IMG/VR virus record: IMGVR_UViG_3300009126_000404
Location: 96,001 to 160,000 of that record
Strand: one strand, 5' to 3'
Origin: a virus
DNA: 64,000 nucleotides
Shown here: positions 1-10,738 of the stretch, one piece after another
How positions within the stretch are numbered: position 1 is the first letter of the stretch
Layout: the number at the start of each line of letters is the position of its first letter
Notes under the pieces: generated by a model
Seen by the model: the letters and a program-made list of their open reading frames with translations, nothing else
The model's database searches: none
What the model was told of the DNA's origin: nothing
Position numbers and translations under genes: made by a program

Positions 1-128
1 CAGTAATTATATTATCTTTCTTTTTTGTTTGCAAAGTAACGTTTAAATTGGCTTTAGCATGTTCAGGATGACTATTAATAAAGTAATTTAGCCAAGTACC
101 ATGAGAACCTGCATCAAATAAGGTCCAA
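1..128 (-). CDS. hypothetical protein, truncated by window edge
   Basis: Open frame from TTG (LDLFDAGSHGTWLNYFINSH...) to the edge, just downstream of the MazG-like gene. Confidence 0.35.
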
Positions 129-139
129 CTTACTGACAC

Positions 140-553
140 TTATAAATCGCCTGTTTGTCTATTCTCACTGTAATGAACATCAAACTCTCCACCAGGATAA
201 CGTGATTTTAGTTTGTGTACATTTTCTGCTATGACTTCATTAGGGTCGAGACCCAAAGCCCTACAAGAACTAATCCAATACCACATAATATCACCAAGCT
301 CTCGTTTAGCATGAAAGATAGTTTCATCGTCCAATGGTTTACCTTGGAATATACATTTTTTAACAATTTCTGCAAATTCGCCTCCTTCACTTGCTATACC
401 TATTGCACCAGTTAAAAGTGTTGCAATATTAACTCCTGATTCTTCTTCAAGATTTCGAATTTTATTTGCTAAGGCTTCTGTGTTACCACTTTCGCTACTT
501 GTAACTGCCTCTACAAACTCTTTATATTTATTTAAGTCAATTTGTTTTGTCAT
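140..553 (-). CDS. mazG: MazG-like NTP pyrophosphohydrolase
   Basis: GIASEGGEFAEIVKK and AKRELGDIMWY (ExxE...ExxD motifs). Confidence 0.85.
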   Translation of the reverse strand: MTKQIDLNKYKEFVEAVTSSESGNTEALANKIRNLEEESGVNIATLLTGAIGIASEGGEFAEIVKKCIFQGKPLDDETIFHAKRELGDIMWYWISSCRALGLDPNEVIAENVHKLKSRYPGGEFDVHYSENRQTGDL

Positions 554-939
554 TAGTCTACTTTTGGTAATTCTACTATAAATTTTTCATTTGTTGCAAC
601 TTTGTCCATGTCAAAATTTACACTCTCTCCACATCCACAACTACTTTTAGCTGATGGATTTACTACTTCTAACATAGTTCCAACTATATCATGTTTTAAT
701 TCAAGTGTTGTACCTACTAAAAACATAATACTTGAACTATCAACAGCCATCTTATATCCATTGTCCATTACAATAACATGATCTGCTTTTGTGTCAAGGT
801 CTTTCTCTTCTTTTAACTGCCATTCATAACTAAAACCTGCACACCCGCCACCTTTAAGACCTAGTACAGGAATCTTACCTTCGTTTGAATCACTTATTCC
901 TTTTAGATGCATTGCGGCATCGTTTGTTACATTAATCAT
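553..939 (-). CDS. iscA: A-type Fe-S carrier (IscA/HesB family)
   Basis: GGGCAGFSY and C-terminal SSCGCGESV motifs. Confidence 0.9.
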   Translation of the reverse strand: MINVTNDAAMHLKGISDSNEGKIPVLGLKGGGCAGFSYEWQLKEEKDLDTKADHVIVMDNGYKMAVDSSSIMFLVGTTLELKHDIVGTMLEVVNPSAKSSCGCGESVNFDMDKVATNEKFIVELPKVD

Positions 940-1463
940 TTTTCTATCTCCAGTGATGATATAAGCTCTAATGGCTCAGTATTTAAATACTTGAGGTTAA
1001 TTATTGTTACACCACCTAATACTGTTGCACCTGTTCGCTCAACTAATCGTTTAGTAGCAATCATACTCCCACCTGTTGCAACTAGATCATCTGCTATTAA
1101 AACTCTACTCGTATGTCCTAAAATACCTTGTTGCAATGTAAGTGTAGCCTTACCATATTCTAATTTATAACTTTCTCTTAGTAATCTACCAGGGTATTTA
1201 GCACCTTTTTTACGTACCATAACAAATGGAATATTTAAATCGTACGATAATGCGGCTCCTAGTACAAATCCTCTACTTTCAATACCAACTATATGTGTTG
1301 GTAAACGTTCTAGTCTAGCATCTATCTCATCTGCTAGATTTTGAACTTCTGGTATCCATAAATCACTAGCAAATAAACTATTAACATCATAAAAATTAAC
1401 ACCCTTAATAGGATAATCTTTAACTGTTCTTATATAATCTTTAATATTCATTATATGTTCCAC
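936..1463 (-). CDS. apt: adenine phosphoribosyltransferase (true start probably ATG at 1451)
   Basis: DYPIKGVNFYD, GIESRGF, VRKKG, PRPP loop IADDLVATGGS. Confidence 0.9.
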   Translation of the reverse strand: MEHIMNIKDYIRTVKDYPIKGVNFYDVNSLFASDLWIPEVQNLADEIDARLERLPTHIVGIESRGFVLGAALSYDLNIPFVMVRKKGAKYPGRLLRESYKLEYGKATLTLQQGILGHTSRVLIADDLVATGGSMIATKRLVERTGATVLGGVTIINLKYLNTEPLELISSLEIEK

Positions 1464-2377
1464 TCCTTATTAATTTTGCCTTCGCTAGGTCCATTTGCTG
1501 TGAATAAGTGTGGCAATTTTGGTGATACTCGGAATCCAGCATATTGGATCCAATCCATCCATAAACTATGTGCTGATGGCACTCTTGGAAAACTGTTAGG
1601 ACCTTTAATATAATTATATAATAATGCTGAAAACATGTCTACTGGTTGTCTTATATATAGTCCATTTTTTGTAAACTCACCTCCATCAAACAAATACATA
1701 TGATCATTAGCATAAGGTGTACTATTATATTCAAAAATACAATCATCTGAACATAAACAACCCGGCACCGTGTACATACCTTTAAATTCACCTTGTTTGT
1801 TTACCCAATTATGCAAAATATCTTTAAACTTTTCTTTATTAGTAGTAACCCATTCATGTCCATTAAAATATTTAATCATCAAATCCCATCTTACTTTTAC
1901 TACAAAACTATAAAAAGTTTTCTGCCAGTGTAAACTAGTTAGTAAAAACGATTCATGTGCTGACCAAACTTGTCCAACTGTTCCCTTTATTCTTTCTTTA
2001 GCAAACTCTATATAATTCGTATCTGATTTGCCTTTAAGCATATCCATATATTCTGGTTTATTATACCATTCTTGGTTTGTTTGAAAAAACTGCTCCCAGA
2101 CAGGAAAATATTGACTGCCATTCATAACATTGTGTATTGGTCTAAGATCTGTAATAGCATCCCAAATTATCTCTTGGTCATCACTTCTATATTCTGTAAA
2201 CTTATCTAATACCTCAGAATGCGGATCTTCATGATCTGCCCAAGTGTGCCCAAACAAGTCATAATCAAATTCATCAAATAAATCGAGAATTTCATAAAAA
2301 TCTTGTGTATACCTTGGATCTTTATTAAAATGTCTGGTTTGCCCACTAAAACAAATTGCTATTTTCTTTTTTTCCAT
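1451..2377 (-). CDS. hypothetical protein, possibly glycosyltransferase-like
   Basis: 308-aa ORF starting KIAICFSGQTR, an N-terminus seen in phage glycan-related hypotheticals; function uncertain. Confidence 0.5.
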   Translation of the reverse strand: MEKKKIAICFSGQTRHFNKDPRYTQDFYEILDLFDEFDYDLFGHTWADHEDPHSEVLDKFTEYRSDDQEIIWDAITDLRPIHNVMNGSQYFPVWEQFFQTNQEWYNKPEYMDMLKGKSDTNYIEFAKERIKGTVGQVWSAHESFLLTSLHWQKTFYSFVVKVRWDLMIKYFNGHEWVTTNKEKFKDILHNWVNKQGEFKGMYTVPGCLCSDDCIFEYNSTPYANDHMYLFDGGEFTKNGLYIRQPVDMFSALLYNYIKGPNSFPRVPSAHSLWMDWIQYAGFRVSPKLPHLFTANGPSEGKINKEWNI

Positions 2378-2710
2378 TTATTTGTCTGCATCATAATCAG
2401 GTGGAAACCCACCATACAACCCTGAAGGGTCTGATGAATAATACGGATCATTAAACATAGGATCATCTTCACTAGTGACGCCTTTAATTTCTGGAATGAA
2501 ATGCATTAATGTACTTTCTATTCCTAGTTTAAGTGTTTCTGTACTACTAGCACATCCACTGCAACTTCCACTCATTTGCATATGTAAAATACCAGTTTCT
2601 TCATCAAAATTTAAGACGTTTACTTGCCCACCGTGTTGTGCTACATTAGGTACAACATACTGTTCCATAACATCATCTATTTCTTTTAATAATTCTTCTT
2701 TAGTTTTCAT
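2378..2710 (-). CDS. NifU-C/NfuA-like Fe-S scaffold
   Basis: VVPNVAQHGG...MSGSCSGC...TLKLGIE (CxxC Nfu domain). Confidence 0.88.
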   Translation of the reverse strand: MKTKEELLKEIDDVMEQYVVPNVAQHGGQVNVLNFDEETGILHMQMSGSCSGCASSTETLKLGIESTLMHFIPEIKGVTSEDDPMFNDPYYSSDPSGLYGGFPPDYDADK

Positions 2711-2718
2711 ATCTATTC

Positions 2719-3267
2719 CTATAATATATGTGCATGTTCTAAGGCTTCATAGCCAAACCACATTGCAAATATTAAAAATGCATAACGTGTAATATTAAAT
2801 AATGCACGAGTATCTTTGTAATTCCTTAATACTTTGTATAGCATTGCAACAAATATTACTGCAAAACCTGCACCTGTCCAACTTACTACAGTATTGTTAA
2901 TCGCCTGAAACATAAATGTAAAAACTTCCATGCTTTCGCGAAAGAATATAAACCATACTGTAAATATTCCTGCCCAAAATGTTGCTGTATTATCAGCAAT
3001 TGCTTGAACGTGCCCTTTAATATGTGCTGGTAAATTATTACTAGTAAAAAACAAGTAAAGCATTAGCCCTGATAGCATTGCATACATAATTACTTCGTAA
3101 TTCTCTAAGAATTCACCTAGTAACACACCACCTGCTAATCCACTAAGCAGTCCAACACTACCTGCGGTAATTAATTTCTTATCTAATGAAACTGTTGATG
3201 TAATCATAAACAACAAAAACATCATCTCTAAGGCTTCACGCCCTACATATATAAAACTTGCTAACAT
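2719..3267 (-). CDS. FTR1-family iron permease
   Basis: Multi-TM protein with two RExxE motifs (GREALE, FRESME). Confidence 0.75.
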   Translation of the reverse strand: MLASFIYVGREALEMMFLLFMITSTVSLDKKLITAGSVGLLSGLAGGVLLGEFLENYEVIMYAMLSGLMLYLFFTSNNLPAHIKGHVQAIADNTATFWAGIFTVWFIFFRESMEVFTFMFQAINNTVVSWTGAGFAVIFVAMLYKVLRNYKDTRALFNITRYAFLIFAMWFGYEALEHAHIL

Positions 3268-3271
3268 TGAA

Positions 3272-3622
3272 CTAATCGCCCTTTCCTGGTTTCAATGAGA
3301 GTAATTCTCTCTTATTTGGTTTATCCGCCCATTCTTTTGCGTCAGGCGGAACATCTTCTGGTCTTAGTACTGTAATATTTGGCCAAACTTCCGACATCTC
3401 AGTATTAATCTTCATCCAATAATCTAATTCTGTTCCTTCTAACGCACTGTCTGGAACAATTGCGTCAACAGGACATTCTGGTTCACAGACACCACAATCA
3501 ATACATTCGTCTGGGTTAATTACTAAAAAGTTTTCACCTTCATAGAAGCAATCAACTGGACATACTTCCATACAATCCATATGTTTACATTTAATACATT
3601 CTTCTTTAACTAAGTATGTCAT
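3272..3622 (-). CDS. fdxA: FdxA-type ferredoxin (7Fe/8Fe)
   Basis: [18 protein letters not shown] and [12 protein letters not shown]. Confidence 0.92.
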   Translation of the reverse strand: MTYLVKEECIKCKHMDCMEVCPVDCFYEGENFLVINPDECIDCGVCEPECPVDAIVPDSALEGTELDYWMKINTEMSEVWPNITVLRPEDVPPDAKEWADKPNKRELLSLKPGKGD

Positions 3623-4992
3623 TAGTAACTCATATCTTCATCAATATTATACCAAAATATCTTTTCATTAGCAATGATATTAAAAAGTGTTTGCACACCA
3701 AATCCTGCCGCACCTTTTGGAGTAGTTGTTGATCCTTTTTTTGCCCATGCCATGCCAGCAATATCTAAATGAGCCCAAGGTGTTTTCTTATCAACAAAGC
3801 GATATAAAAATTCTGCGGCTGTTGTTGAACCACCATATGCTCCACCAATATTCTGCATGTCAGCTATATCTGAATCAATCATTTTGTTCCAATTCTTGCC
3901 CATTGGCATACGAAAAAATTCCTCATCTACTTTTTTACCATTTAATTTAATTGCTTTTTCTAAATCATTACTGTTTGTAAATAAGCCTGCCATTTCATGT
4001 CCAAGTGTTGCAACAATTGCTCCTGTTAATGTTGCTAAATTAATTATAGCAGATGGCTTATATTCATTTTGTACATAAGTCAATATGTCTGCGAGTACAA
4101 GTCTACCTTCTGCATCTGTATTTAAATTTTCTACTGTTTGCCCACTTAATGATGTAACAACATCACCGGGTTTAATTGCTGTACCATCTGGCATATTTTC
4201 TACTAAACCTACAATACCAACTACATTCTTTTTTATATTTTTTGAAGCAATGGCGTGTAATGCCCCAACTACCGCGGCACTGCCACCCATATCGTATTTC
4301 ATGTCACCCATGTTACGACCTGGTTTAAGACTAATACCACCGGTGTCAAATGTAACACCTTTACCTACTAATGCAAATGGAGCATCTTCTTTAGCACCTT
4401 TCATATATTCCATCACAACTACATAACTGTCTTTTTCAGAACCTTGTCCTACACTTAATAGTAAGTTAAGACCCATTTCTTCTAGTTGTGCTTGATGATA
4501 AATTTTAACTGTAACACCTAAAGGTGAAAGTTGTTCATTAATACGTCTAGCATACTCTGCTGGGTATAAAACGTTACCAGGTTCACTAACTAAATCACGT
4601 GCAAAGTTTACACTTTTTGAAATACCAGAATCTTCTGTTGAAAATTCTACACTTTTTGGATCTGTTTTATATTTGTCAAAATTATAACTTGAAAGTGCCA
4701 TACCTTCATTAATACTATCCATATGTTTTGTGTTAATATCAAAATGAATTTCGTTCGCTACATCCTTAAACTTATTATACATACTACCACCTAATTTACG
4801 TGCTTTATTGGCAGTTTTTGGCAAAGATTTAATTACTGTAATATAATCATAGTCCTTATGAGCGAACTTAATATCAATTGATTTTGTTTTACTCTTAATA
4901 GCAAGTTGTTCTGATGCTCTTTTAACAGAATCACCTAGTTTTTTTGCCTGCTTACTACCTGAAAGTACTATAATTGCTTTGGTTAAAGCCAT
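3622..4992 (-). CDS. pepA: leucyl aminopeptidase (M17)
   Basis: [34 protein letters not shown]. Confidence 0.95.
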   Translation of the reverse strand: MALTKAIIVLSGSKQAKKLGDSVKRASEQLAIKSKTKSIDIKFAHKDYDYITVIKSLPKTANKARKLGGSMYNKFKDVANEIHFDINTKHMDSINEGMALSSYNFDKYKTDPKSVEFSTEDSGISKSVNFARDLVSEPGNVLYPAEYARRINEQLSPLGVTVKIYHQAQLEEMGLNLLLSVGQGSEKDSYVVVMEYMKGAKEDAPFALVGKGVTFDTGGISLKPGRNMGDMKYDMGGSAAVVGALHAIASKNIKKNVVGIVGLVENMPDGTAIKPGDVVTSLSGQTVENLNTDAEGRLVLADILTYVQNEYKPSAIINLATLTGAIVATLGHEMAGLFTNSNDLEKAIKLNGKKVDEEFFRMPMGKNWNKMIDSDIADMQNIGGAYGGSTTAAEFLYRFVDKKTPWAHLDIAGMAWAKKGSTTTPKGAAGFGVQTLFNIIANEKIFWYNIDEDMSY

Positions 4993-5021
4993 AAATCTCC
5001 TTATAATAGAATCTTATACAT

Positions 5022-5050
5022 ATTATAAAAGAAATACCTATTTTTGTCAA
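5022..5050 (-). promoter_or_regulatory. sigma70-type promoter for the pepA-fdx-FTR1-nfu-apt-iscA-mazG run
   Basis: TTGACA-17 nt-TATAAT on the minus strand. Confidence 0.75.
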
Positions 5051-5074
5051 TGATATTCTTTGTTTAATGGGAAT

Positions 5075-5107
5075 ATTTACTTAGCCGCATAGTACGGCTA
5101 AGTAAAT
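5075..5107. terminator. perfect 13-bp hairpin, probable terminator
   Basis: ATTTACTTAGCCG-CATAGTA-CGGCTAAGTAAAT just after the stop of 5116..5382. Confidence 0.65.
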
Positions 5108-5115
5108 TAAGTTTA

Positions 5116-5382
5116 TTAGCCTCGGGAATTAATTACCCAAGATGTTCCTGCACCAGAACCAGGTCCGTCGTCTACAGATGTTTCAGCTTCGTGTGCCGCA
5201 CATTCTGCTTCGTCAGCATACGTTATATTGATAATAACGCCTGTACTGTCTTCGGTTAAAGCGATTGTCGAGTCGAACTCTCTTTGAGTTCCACAAGGAC
5301 CGTGTGCAGTGATCCATGCGTCAGTATCTGCATATACTGTGCCTGCGTCTGATGTAATTGTATAATTTTTAACAAATGCCAT
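5116..5382 (-). CDS. hypothetical small acidic protein, possibly virion structural
   Basis: AAGGAG SD, late-type ATAAATA at 5420-5426, own terminator. Confidence 0.65.
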   Translation of the reverse strand: MAFVKNYTITSDAGTVYADTDAWITAHGPCGTQREFDSTIALTEDSTGVIINITYADEAECAAHEAETSVDDGPGSGAGTSWVINSRG

Positions 5383-5447
5383 GTTTATTTCTCCTTAAGG
5401 TATATTTACTATACTACATTATTTATGACAATTGGCTAATATACCGA

Positions 5448-5475
5448 TTGACAAACGGATAAATATGTATATAAT
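5448..5475 (+). promoter_or_regulatory. sigma70-type promoter with embedded GATAAATA for the plus-strand island
   Basis: TTGACA-16 nt-TATAAT upstream of GGAGA SD and ATG 5503. Confidence 0.6.
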
Positions 5476-5502
5476 AAAATAACAACAATTGGAGAGATTA
5501 TT

Positions 5503-5793
5503 ATGCAAAAATGGTTTAATTGGAGTCATTTAAGAAACACAGAAAAATATAATACTAAAATCCGTGGAAACGCAATAGTGTTATATTTTAAACATATGTG
5601 GATTGGATTTAGAGAAGCAGGTAAGCAATTATTACTTGCATTTGCTAGTTTTATACATGCTATATTTCCACCATTATTCGATTTTAAGTTATTAGATATA
5701 GTAATTAACCAAACAATTGGATTATATAAGTATCTGCCACACCACCCTGGATGGAAAAGATTAAAAGATGAACTTAAGAACAATTCTAAGTAA
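5503..5793 (+). CDS. hypothetical protein
   Basis: SD present; YFKHMW...FIHAIFPPLF motif; first gene of plus-strand operon. Confidence 0.65.
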   Translation: MQKWFNWSHLRNTEKYNTKIRGNAIVLYFKHMWIGFREAGKQLLLAFASFIHAIFPPLFDFKLLDIVINQTIGLYKYLPHHPGWKRLKDELKNNSK

Positions 5794-6478
5794 TGGATGC
5801 ACAATAAGTACCAGCGGCACCACAGGTCCTAAGAAGCCTATATGGCAAAGCCCAGAAAAGATTTACTTTGCAAACAAAGCGGCCGTAAGATGTCAAAAAA
5901 TTACTGAAAAGAGTAAAATCTTAACAGTATGTACATTAGATCATGCAGGTGGGTTGTTCGCACAAACACTTCCTGCAATAAGTGTTGATGCTCATGTAGA
6001 CATAGAACCATATAACCCATATACATGGATTAAAAATATTCAAAACGGATATACGCATAGCCATTTAACACCTAACATGGCTAGAGGTATTATGGCTACT
6101 AAAACATTTAAAAATGGATTTGATTTTAATGGAATAACTATTATGTGTGGTAGCGATAGAGTGCATAGTAATATTATTAAAGCATTTATTGACAAAGGTG
6201 CTACATTTATCGTTAATTGGGGCATGAGTGAAGTAGGGCCAGTTGCTATTAATAAAATATTTAACAAAGGTGATACAGTAGTAGAACATGAAAGCATTAT
6301 GGGAGACACTATTTACTGTGATACAAAAATCATAGATAATGAACTTCATGTTAAAGGTGACATTTGTGTTTTTGACGATTGGTTTGCTACAGGTGATTTA
6401 GTGGAATACAAAGATAGTACTTATTGGTTTCTAGGAAGAAAAAATAATACAGAGGAGAAACAAAGATGCGTAAATTAA
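5768..6478 (+). CDS. short AMP-binding (ANL superfamily) enzyme
   Basis: TSGTTGPKK P-loop, WGMSE, WFATGDL, FLGRK; lacks the N- and C-terminal subdomains. Confidence 0.75.
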   Translation: MNLRTILSNGCTISTSGTTGPKKPIWQSPEKIYFANKAAVRCQKITEKSKILTVCTLDHAGGLFAQTLPAISVDAHVDIEPYNPYTWIKNIQNGYTHSHLTPNMARGIMATKTFKNGFDFNGITIMCGSDRVHSNIIKAFIDKGATFIVNWGMSEVGPVAINKIFNKGDTVVEHESIMGDTIYCDTKIIDNELHVKGDICVFDDWFATGDLVEYKDSTYWFLGRKNNTEEKQRCVN

Positions 6479-7251
6479 AAAACAAACATGTATTTGTTAG
6501 TTTTGAACCTGGTGCACGTGGACATAAACTTGCTAGAGTAATAGCAACAATGCCTTGTATGCATTGGTATAGTTGTGAAGAGAATGGAATTAATCCATGG
6601 AATGTGTCTAAACCACATTTATCAGCTAGACAAAGACAATTAAGCAGATACCATTTTGATAGAATAACTCCAAAAGGTAAACTTCCTCCTCCACATGATT
6701 ATGTAGAAAAGTATATGCCTAATGAAAAGCATTATTATAAATTGTTTGATGAATTATTTGAAAAAAATGGCGGTGATGATATTATTAATAATGGTGAAAG
6801 AGTACTATTTTGTACACATAGTATGCCTGCTAAAATACTAGAATATTTTCCTCACAGTTTGATTTTTAATATTATACATGATCCAGAAACTACAACAAAC
6901 AGATATATTGACCTTGTTACGCAATTTCCTGCATATGTTAAACACTATGGCGTAGTTCCAAAGGATAACGAATACTTAGCATTTTTAAAAATATTGCACG
7001 GTAGAAAGAATGATCTAAATGTAGCTGATGTATGGGCATTTGAAAGAAAGAAAAAGTTTTATGAACCTGCAATGGAAGATAGACTTAGAAAAGAAACATA
7101 TGCTAAAATGCTTTCAAGCAACATATTTCGTAAAGCAGTTAATCATGAACGTGTAATGAACATTCCACTAGGTAAATTCAATTATAAAGAACTGAAAGAA
7201 TGGTTAAGGGTTAGAACTACAGAAACAGAAGATCAGGTTCTAATTTCATAA
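6466..7251 (+). CDS. hypothetical, sulfotransferase-like N-terminal loop
   Basis: VFVSFEPGARGHKLARVI resembles a PAPS-binding loop; weak. Confidence 0.45.
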   Translation: MRKLKNKHVFVSFEPGARGHKLARVIATMPCMHWYSCEENGINPWNVSKPHLSARQRQLSRYHFDRITPKGKLPPPHDYVEKYMPNEKHYYKLFDELFEKNGGDDIINNGERVLFCTHSMPAKILEYFPHSLIFNIIHDPETTTNRYIDLVTQFPAYVKHYGVVPKDNEYLAFLKILHGRKNDLNVADVWAFERKKKFYEPAMEDRLRKETYAKMLSSNIFRKAVNHERVMNIPLGKFNYKELKEWLRVRTTETEDQVLIS

Positions 7252-7751
7252 TATCTTTTCTGATTTAACTTCCATATAACTTGTGGTACATAAAAAACTT
7301 CTTCCTCGTTAACATAAGTCAAAACTCCTTGCTTTTCTAAAACAATTGCACTTCTATGTATACGACTCATCTTACCACTTCTATCATTATTATCATATGG
7401 ACTAGTAGTAATATAGATATTAGGATTATTTGCCCATTCAATTTGTAATGGTAAATGATCATTAAATCCATAATTCTGCTTTTGATATTTACTTAATCCA
7501 TCAAGTTTTTTTAATTCAATTTGAGCTCCACGAAACAATGCACGATATCCATCTTTAAAAGGATGTATACCACTAATTGCTACCAAACGATTATTATTAT
7601 ATGTGCCCCACCAACTACCACCAGTTTCCATACACCACTCAAATTTTAGAGCATGTAAACTGTTATTGTTGGTGTAATTTCTGTTATCACATTCTTGCAT
7701 GAAGGTTTCAAGCTCATGTGAATTAGTTAGAATCTGCTTGGTGCTTGGCAT
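7233..7751 (-). CDS. hypothetical, possible GNAT-like fold
   Basis: 172-aa ORF; RLVAISG...GYRALFRGA pattern; ATAAATA-N5-ATG start. Confidence 0.5.
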   Translation of the reverse strand: MPSTKQILTNSHELETFMQECDNRNYTNNNSLHALKFEWCMETGGSWWGTYNNNRLVAISGIHPFKDGYRALFRGAQIELKKLDGLSKYQKQNYGFNDHLPLQIEWANNPNIYITTSPYDNNDRSGKMSRIHRSAIVLEKQGVLTYVNEEEVFYVPQVIWKLNQKRYYEIRT

Positions 7752-7765
7752 ACTGTTATTTATGC

Positions 7766-8602
7766 TTATTTTTGAAGGTAAAAATAACCCGGTGATGTAC
7801 TTCGTTTAACTTTGGTTACTTTTCCAATATGATTAAGATCGAATTGAGTTGATCCTACTTGTATATGTTCCTGTTGTAAGTCTTGCCAAGCATCAATGGC
7901 ATAAGATCTCCACATATTTTTATAATCTAAAAATTCTACGCCTTCACTAAATCTCATAAATTGCCAATACTTATCAGTATGAATATGATTCCAATCCCAT
8001 TCATGATCCATATGTTTTGTTTTTATGCATTCAGTTTCTAATTTAGGAAAAGCCGCATATGTTTCTATTTGAAGTTTATGGCGTGTACTAATACCATGCA
8101 TTTGTGGATTGATATGAAATTCATTATGAGCAGTTTTCCTATCTTTAATAATAAAACAATCACCTGGTGGTTGAAATCCTGGCTCGTCAAAGTGAATGTA
8201 AATAGTTTTTATTTGTTCGTAACCACATAACCATAATGCCATAAGTCTGCCACTACCTGGATGTACTCTATATCTATTATGCCAAGGTTCATGTAAAATT
8301 TGTGGATTATATGTTAATTCGTTATGTTGGATTAATTCGCATAGATAGAATATTTTGCTTACATCTTCCATTACATCTCTATATTCCATTGAATTATCAG
8401 TAATACCTGCATCAGCAAATTCCATTACAGCCTCAAATGGAACACGTCTAAAATCTTCCAATTTACTTACTATATCATCTTCAGGAGAATGTAATATGTC
8501 CCAATCTACATAACTAGACGCAAGAAACCCACCCAATCTGTGATGATTCTTAAGCCAATGATCAAACATGTATTCTCCTGTTATGTCTTTTAAGTGTTTC
8601 AC
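7766..8602 (-). CDS. hypothetical protein
   Basis: 278-aa ORF overlapping its neighbour by 4 nt; HPGSGRL segment weakly ParB/Srx-like. Confidence 0.55.
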   Translation of the reverse strand: MKHLKDITGEYMFDHWLKNHHRLGGFLASSYVDWDILHSPEDDIVSKLEDFRRVPFEAVMEFADAGITDNSMEYRDVMEDVSKIFYLCELIQHNELTYNPQILHEPWHNRYRVHPGSGRLMALWLCGYEQIKTIYIHFDEPGFQPPGDCFIIKDRKTAHNEFHINPQMHGISTRHKLQIETYAAFPKLETECIKTKHMDHEWDWNHIHTDKYWQFMRFSEGVEFLDYKNMWRSYAIDAWQDLQQEHIQVGSTQFDLNHIGKVTKVKRSTSPGYFYLQK

Positions 8603-9303
8603 CCTTCTGACAAAATTCCAGCTATGTTAGTATGCCAATCTGGTCCAGGATGATCGTTATCTCTTGCCAATGAAAAATTTGCCTTTGACAAGTCAAGTAT
8701 TTCTTTCTGTCTTAATACAATATCATTGTTTTCACAAAAATTAAACAACATTAATTTGTTCTTTTGATAATTATAATGATCACTTTTATCATTCATTAAT
8801 GTTAGATATGAACTTAACCAAGTTGGTGACTTTAATTCTTCTTTAATTGCTTCTTCTGACAAATTTCTAAACTTTTCTAATGCACCGTTTTCGTGTATAT
8901 GCTCTCTACGAGCCTTAAATGTCCACATAACGTATATTTTCTTTGGTTTAAATGTTTTACAATATGTTATGGCTAGCCTTGCTATTTGATCGTTACTAGC
9001 ACCGCTTAAACCGCAATTTACAGCGTCTAAGAGTACAGGATAAGGGTCATTTATACCATATCCAAATGTATAACTACACCCAAATGCCGCTGATGCTCCC
9101 ATTGCTGGAACTAATTCACCTCTATAACGCCAATCATTAATGTAATACTCTACACTCTCTTCTTGCCAACCTGGTGCACAACCTAATTTCTTTTCACCTT
9201 CATCAAGCCAATTTCTAGTACCAGGATCATCATGCCCTAATGTAAATGTACTGAACCAATCTTTTTCAAGATAACGTGCTTCTTTAAAGTCTGTGTGATC
9301 CAT
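8599..9303 (-). CDS. SGNH/GDSL-like hypothetical
   Basis: AFGCSYTFG, NCGLSGASND, C-terminal DNDHPG (D-x-x-H). Confidence 0.6.
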   Translation of the reverse strand: MDHTDFKEARYLEKDWFSTFTLGHDDPGTRNWLDEGEKKLGCAPGWQEESVEYYINDWRYRGELVPAMGASAAFGCSYTFGYGINDPYPVLLDAVNCGLSGASNDQIARLAITYCKTFKPKKIYVMWTFKARREHIHENGALEKFRNLSEEAIKEELKSPTWLSSYLTLMNDKSDHYNYQKNKLMLFNFCENNDIVLRQKEILDLSKANFSLARDNDHPGPDWHTNIAGILSEG

Positions 9304-10037
9304 TAACTATCTTCCTTATTTAAATTAATATCGCCTTCCTTACCAGCAGTTATAATCTTCTTATAATGCTCAAATGCCTCATCAAACGAATCAAAAACAG
9401 CACGACAATAAAATTTTCGTTCTACAAACTTACCACCAAGTATTTCTTTAAGTATTGATGTTACTTCTGGGTAGTTAGAGAAGTCATCATCTAATGGCTT
9501 TCCTTTAAGTTCAATTTTAACATCAAATTGTCCTTTTGAACCTGAAGCACCTACAATGATATTAAAATTTGAAAACATTGCTCCTGAATATGCCCAAGTT
9601 TGACAAGCAATCTTAAACCATTCAGGATGTTCTTCTTTTTTCTGTTCAAAGAACTCTCTCCAATGATCATTGTCTCTTTCAATCTTACGAACTTTGTTTA
9701 CATCTTCATCACTATCAAGTCCTAAATCAACTTCTGGATATCCACTAATTTCCATAAACTTAGTTCCACGAGCTATTAAAGTTTGATCTTCTTCAGCTTG
9801 ATCGAACCATTCACCATCAAGTCTATTCGGAAGTATTGCGTGTAACTGTTTTTCAACTTTATTTGTGTCGTCACCTGTTTCAAAGGCTTTAACAATAGTA
9901 TAACCTATTGTCATTTTAGTATTATTAAGTTGAGATTCTCGTTGACTAAGATCAACAGTTCTACCTATTTTAATTTCATTAGCATTACTAATGTCCTTAC
10001 CATGCCTGTGAAAGTACTTTCCGAAATAAATGTACAT
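9303..10037 (-). CDS. GIY-YIG family nuclease (T5orf172-like)
   Basis: MYIYF...IKIGRT...R..QLN...EKQLH...GEWF. Confidence 0.75.
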   Translation of the reverse strand: MYIYFGKYFHRHGKDISNANEIKIGRTVDLSQRESQLNNTKMTIGYTIVKAFETGDDTNKVEKQLHAILPNRLDGEWFDQAEEDQTLIARGTKFMEISGYPEVDLGLDSDEDVNKVRKIERDNDHWREFFEQKKEEHPEWFKIACQTWAYSGAMFSNFNIIVGASGSKGQFDVKIELKGKPLDDDFSNYPEVTSILKEILGGKFVERKFYCRAVFDSFDEAFEHYKKIITAGKEGDINLNKEDS

Positions 10038-10048
10038 TTAACCTCCTG

Positions 10049-10708
10049 TTAATTCCATCTATAAAATATATGTGAACCTATTTGTACAACCTTCATCATT
10101 CCACGATCATTTATCCAATATGGAGAAACAGAAGTAGTATGATAATGTGTTGCTCCTTCTGTAATATCTACTACAGAGTCTGATTCATAAACACTAAGAA
10201 CTAAATGTGCAATTTTTTCTGCTATATGAAGTGATTCTTCATCATACATTGTATCTTCCCTACCATCGCAATACCAACTAAATTGACATTTATTAATAAC
10301 AGGAAAATAAATACGTTCTTCTTCTGCTAAGTCTGTATGTTGTCTAGTTTTCCAACTCTCTCTAGTAGGACCTTGCTTAACAACCTCACAAACTGTATTT
10401 GGATAACGCCAATCTCCAACACGATTCATCACTACCATAGTTGTAGCATACATACCTGCATATCCATCACTACGTGCTTCGTGATACATATTCTCAGTCA
10501 AGCATTTTATATCTGCTTGTGTATAAAATTCAGTATTAAAACTATCATTAAGATAATCATCACTATTGAGAACTTCATGATAATCGGGAGCGATACCTGT
10601 TGTATCTGCGGCTAAGTCTGGTGCAGGCCAAATAAGTGACCCAAATGCGAATATTAAAATAGCAATCATAGTAAGACCGTTAACTGCCCAACCTAGTATT
10701 TTAACCAT
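10049..10708 (-). CDS. SleB-like cell-wall hydrolase with N-terminal signal/anchor
   Basis: CLTENMYHEAR, VVMNRV, CQFSWYCDG, GATHYH, IGSHIFY. Confidence 0.9.
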   Translation of the reverse strand: MVKILGWAVNGLTMIAILIFAFGSLIWPAPDLAADTTGIAPDYHEVLNSDDYLNDSFNTEFYTQADIKCLTENMYHEARSDGYAGMYATTMVVMNRVGDWRYPNTVCEVVKQGPTRESWKTRQHTDLAEEERIYFPVINKCQFSWYCDGREDTMYDEESLHIAEKIAHLVLSVYESDSVVDITEGATHYHTTSVSPYWINDRGMMKVVQIGSHIFYRWN

Positions 10709-10738
10709 AATTTTGCCTCTTTTTTAGTTTATGTGTAT

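Noticed and set aside
140-4992. Host chromosomal DNA or prophage flank
   Set aside because: Genes are not in cellular operon order, are interleaved with phage-type hypotheticals and share the promoter style of the rest; read mapping would be the final test
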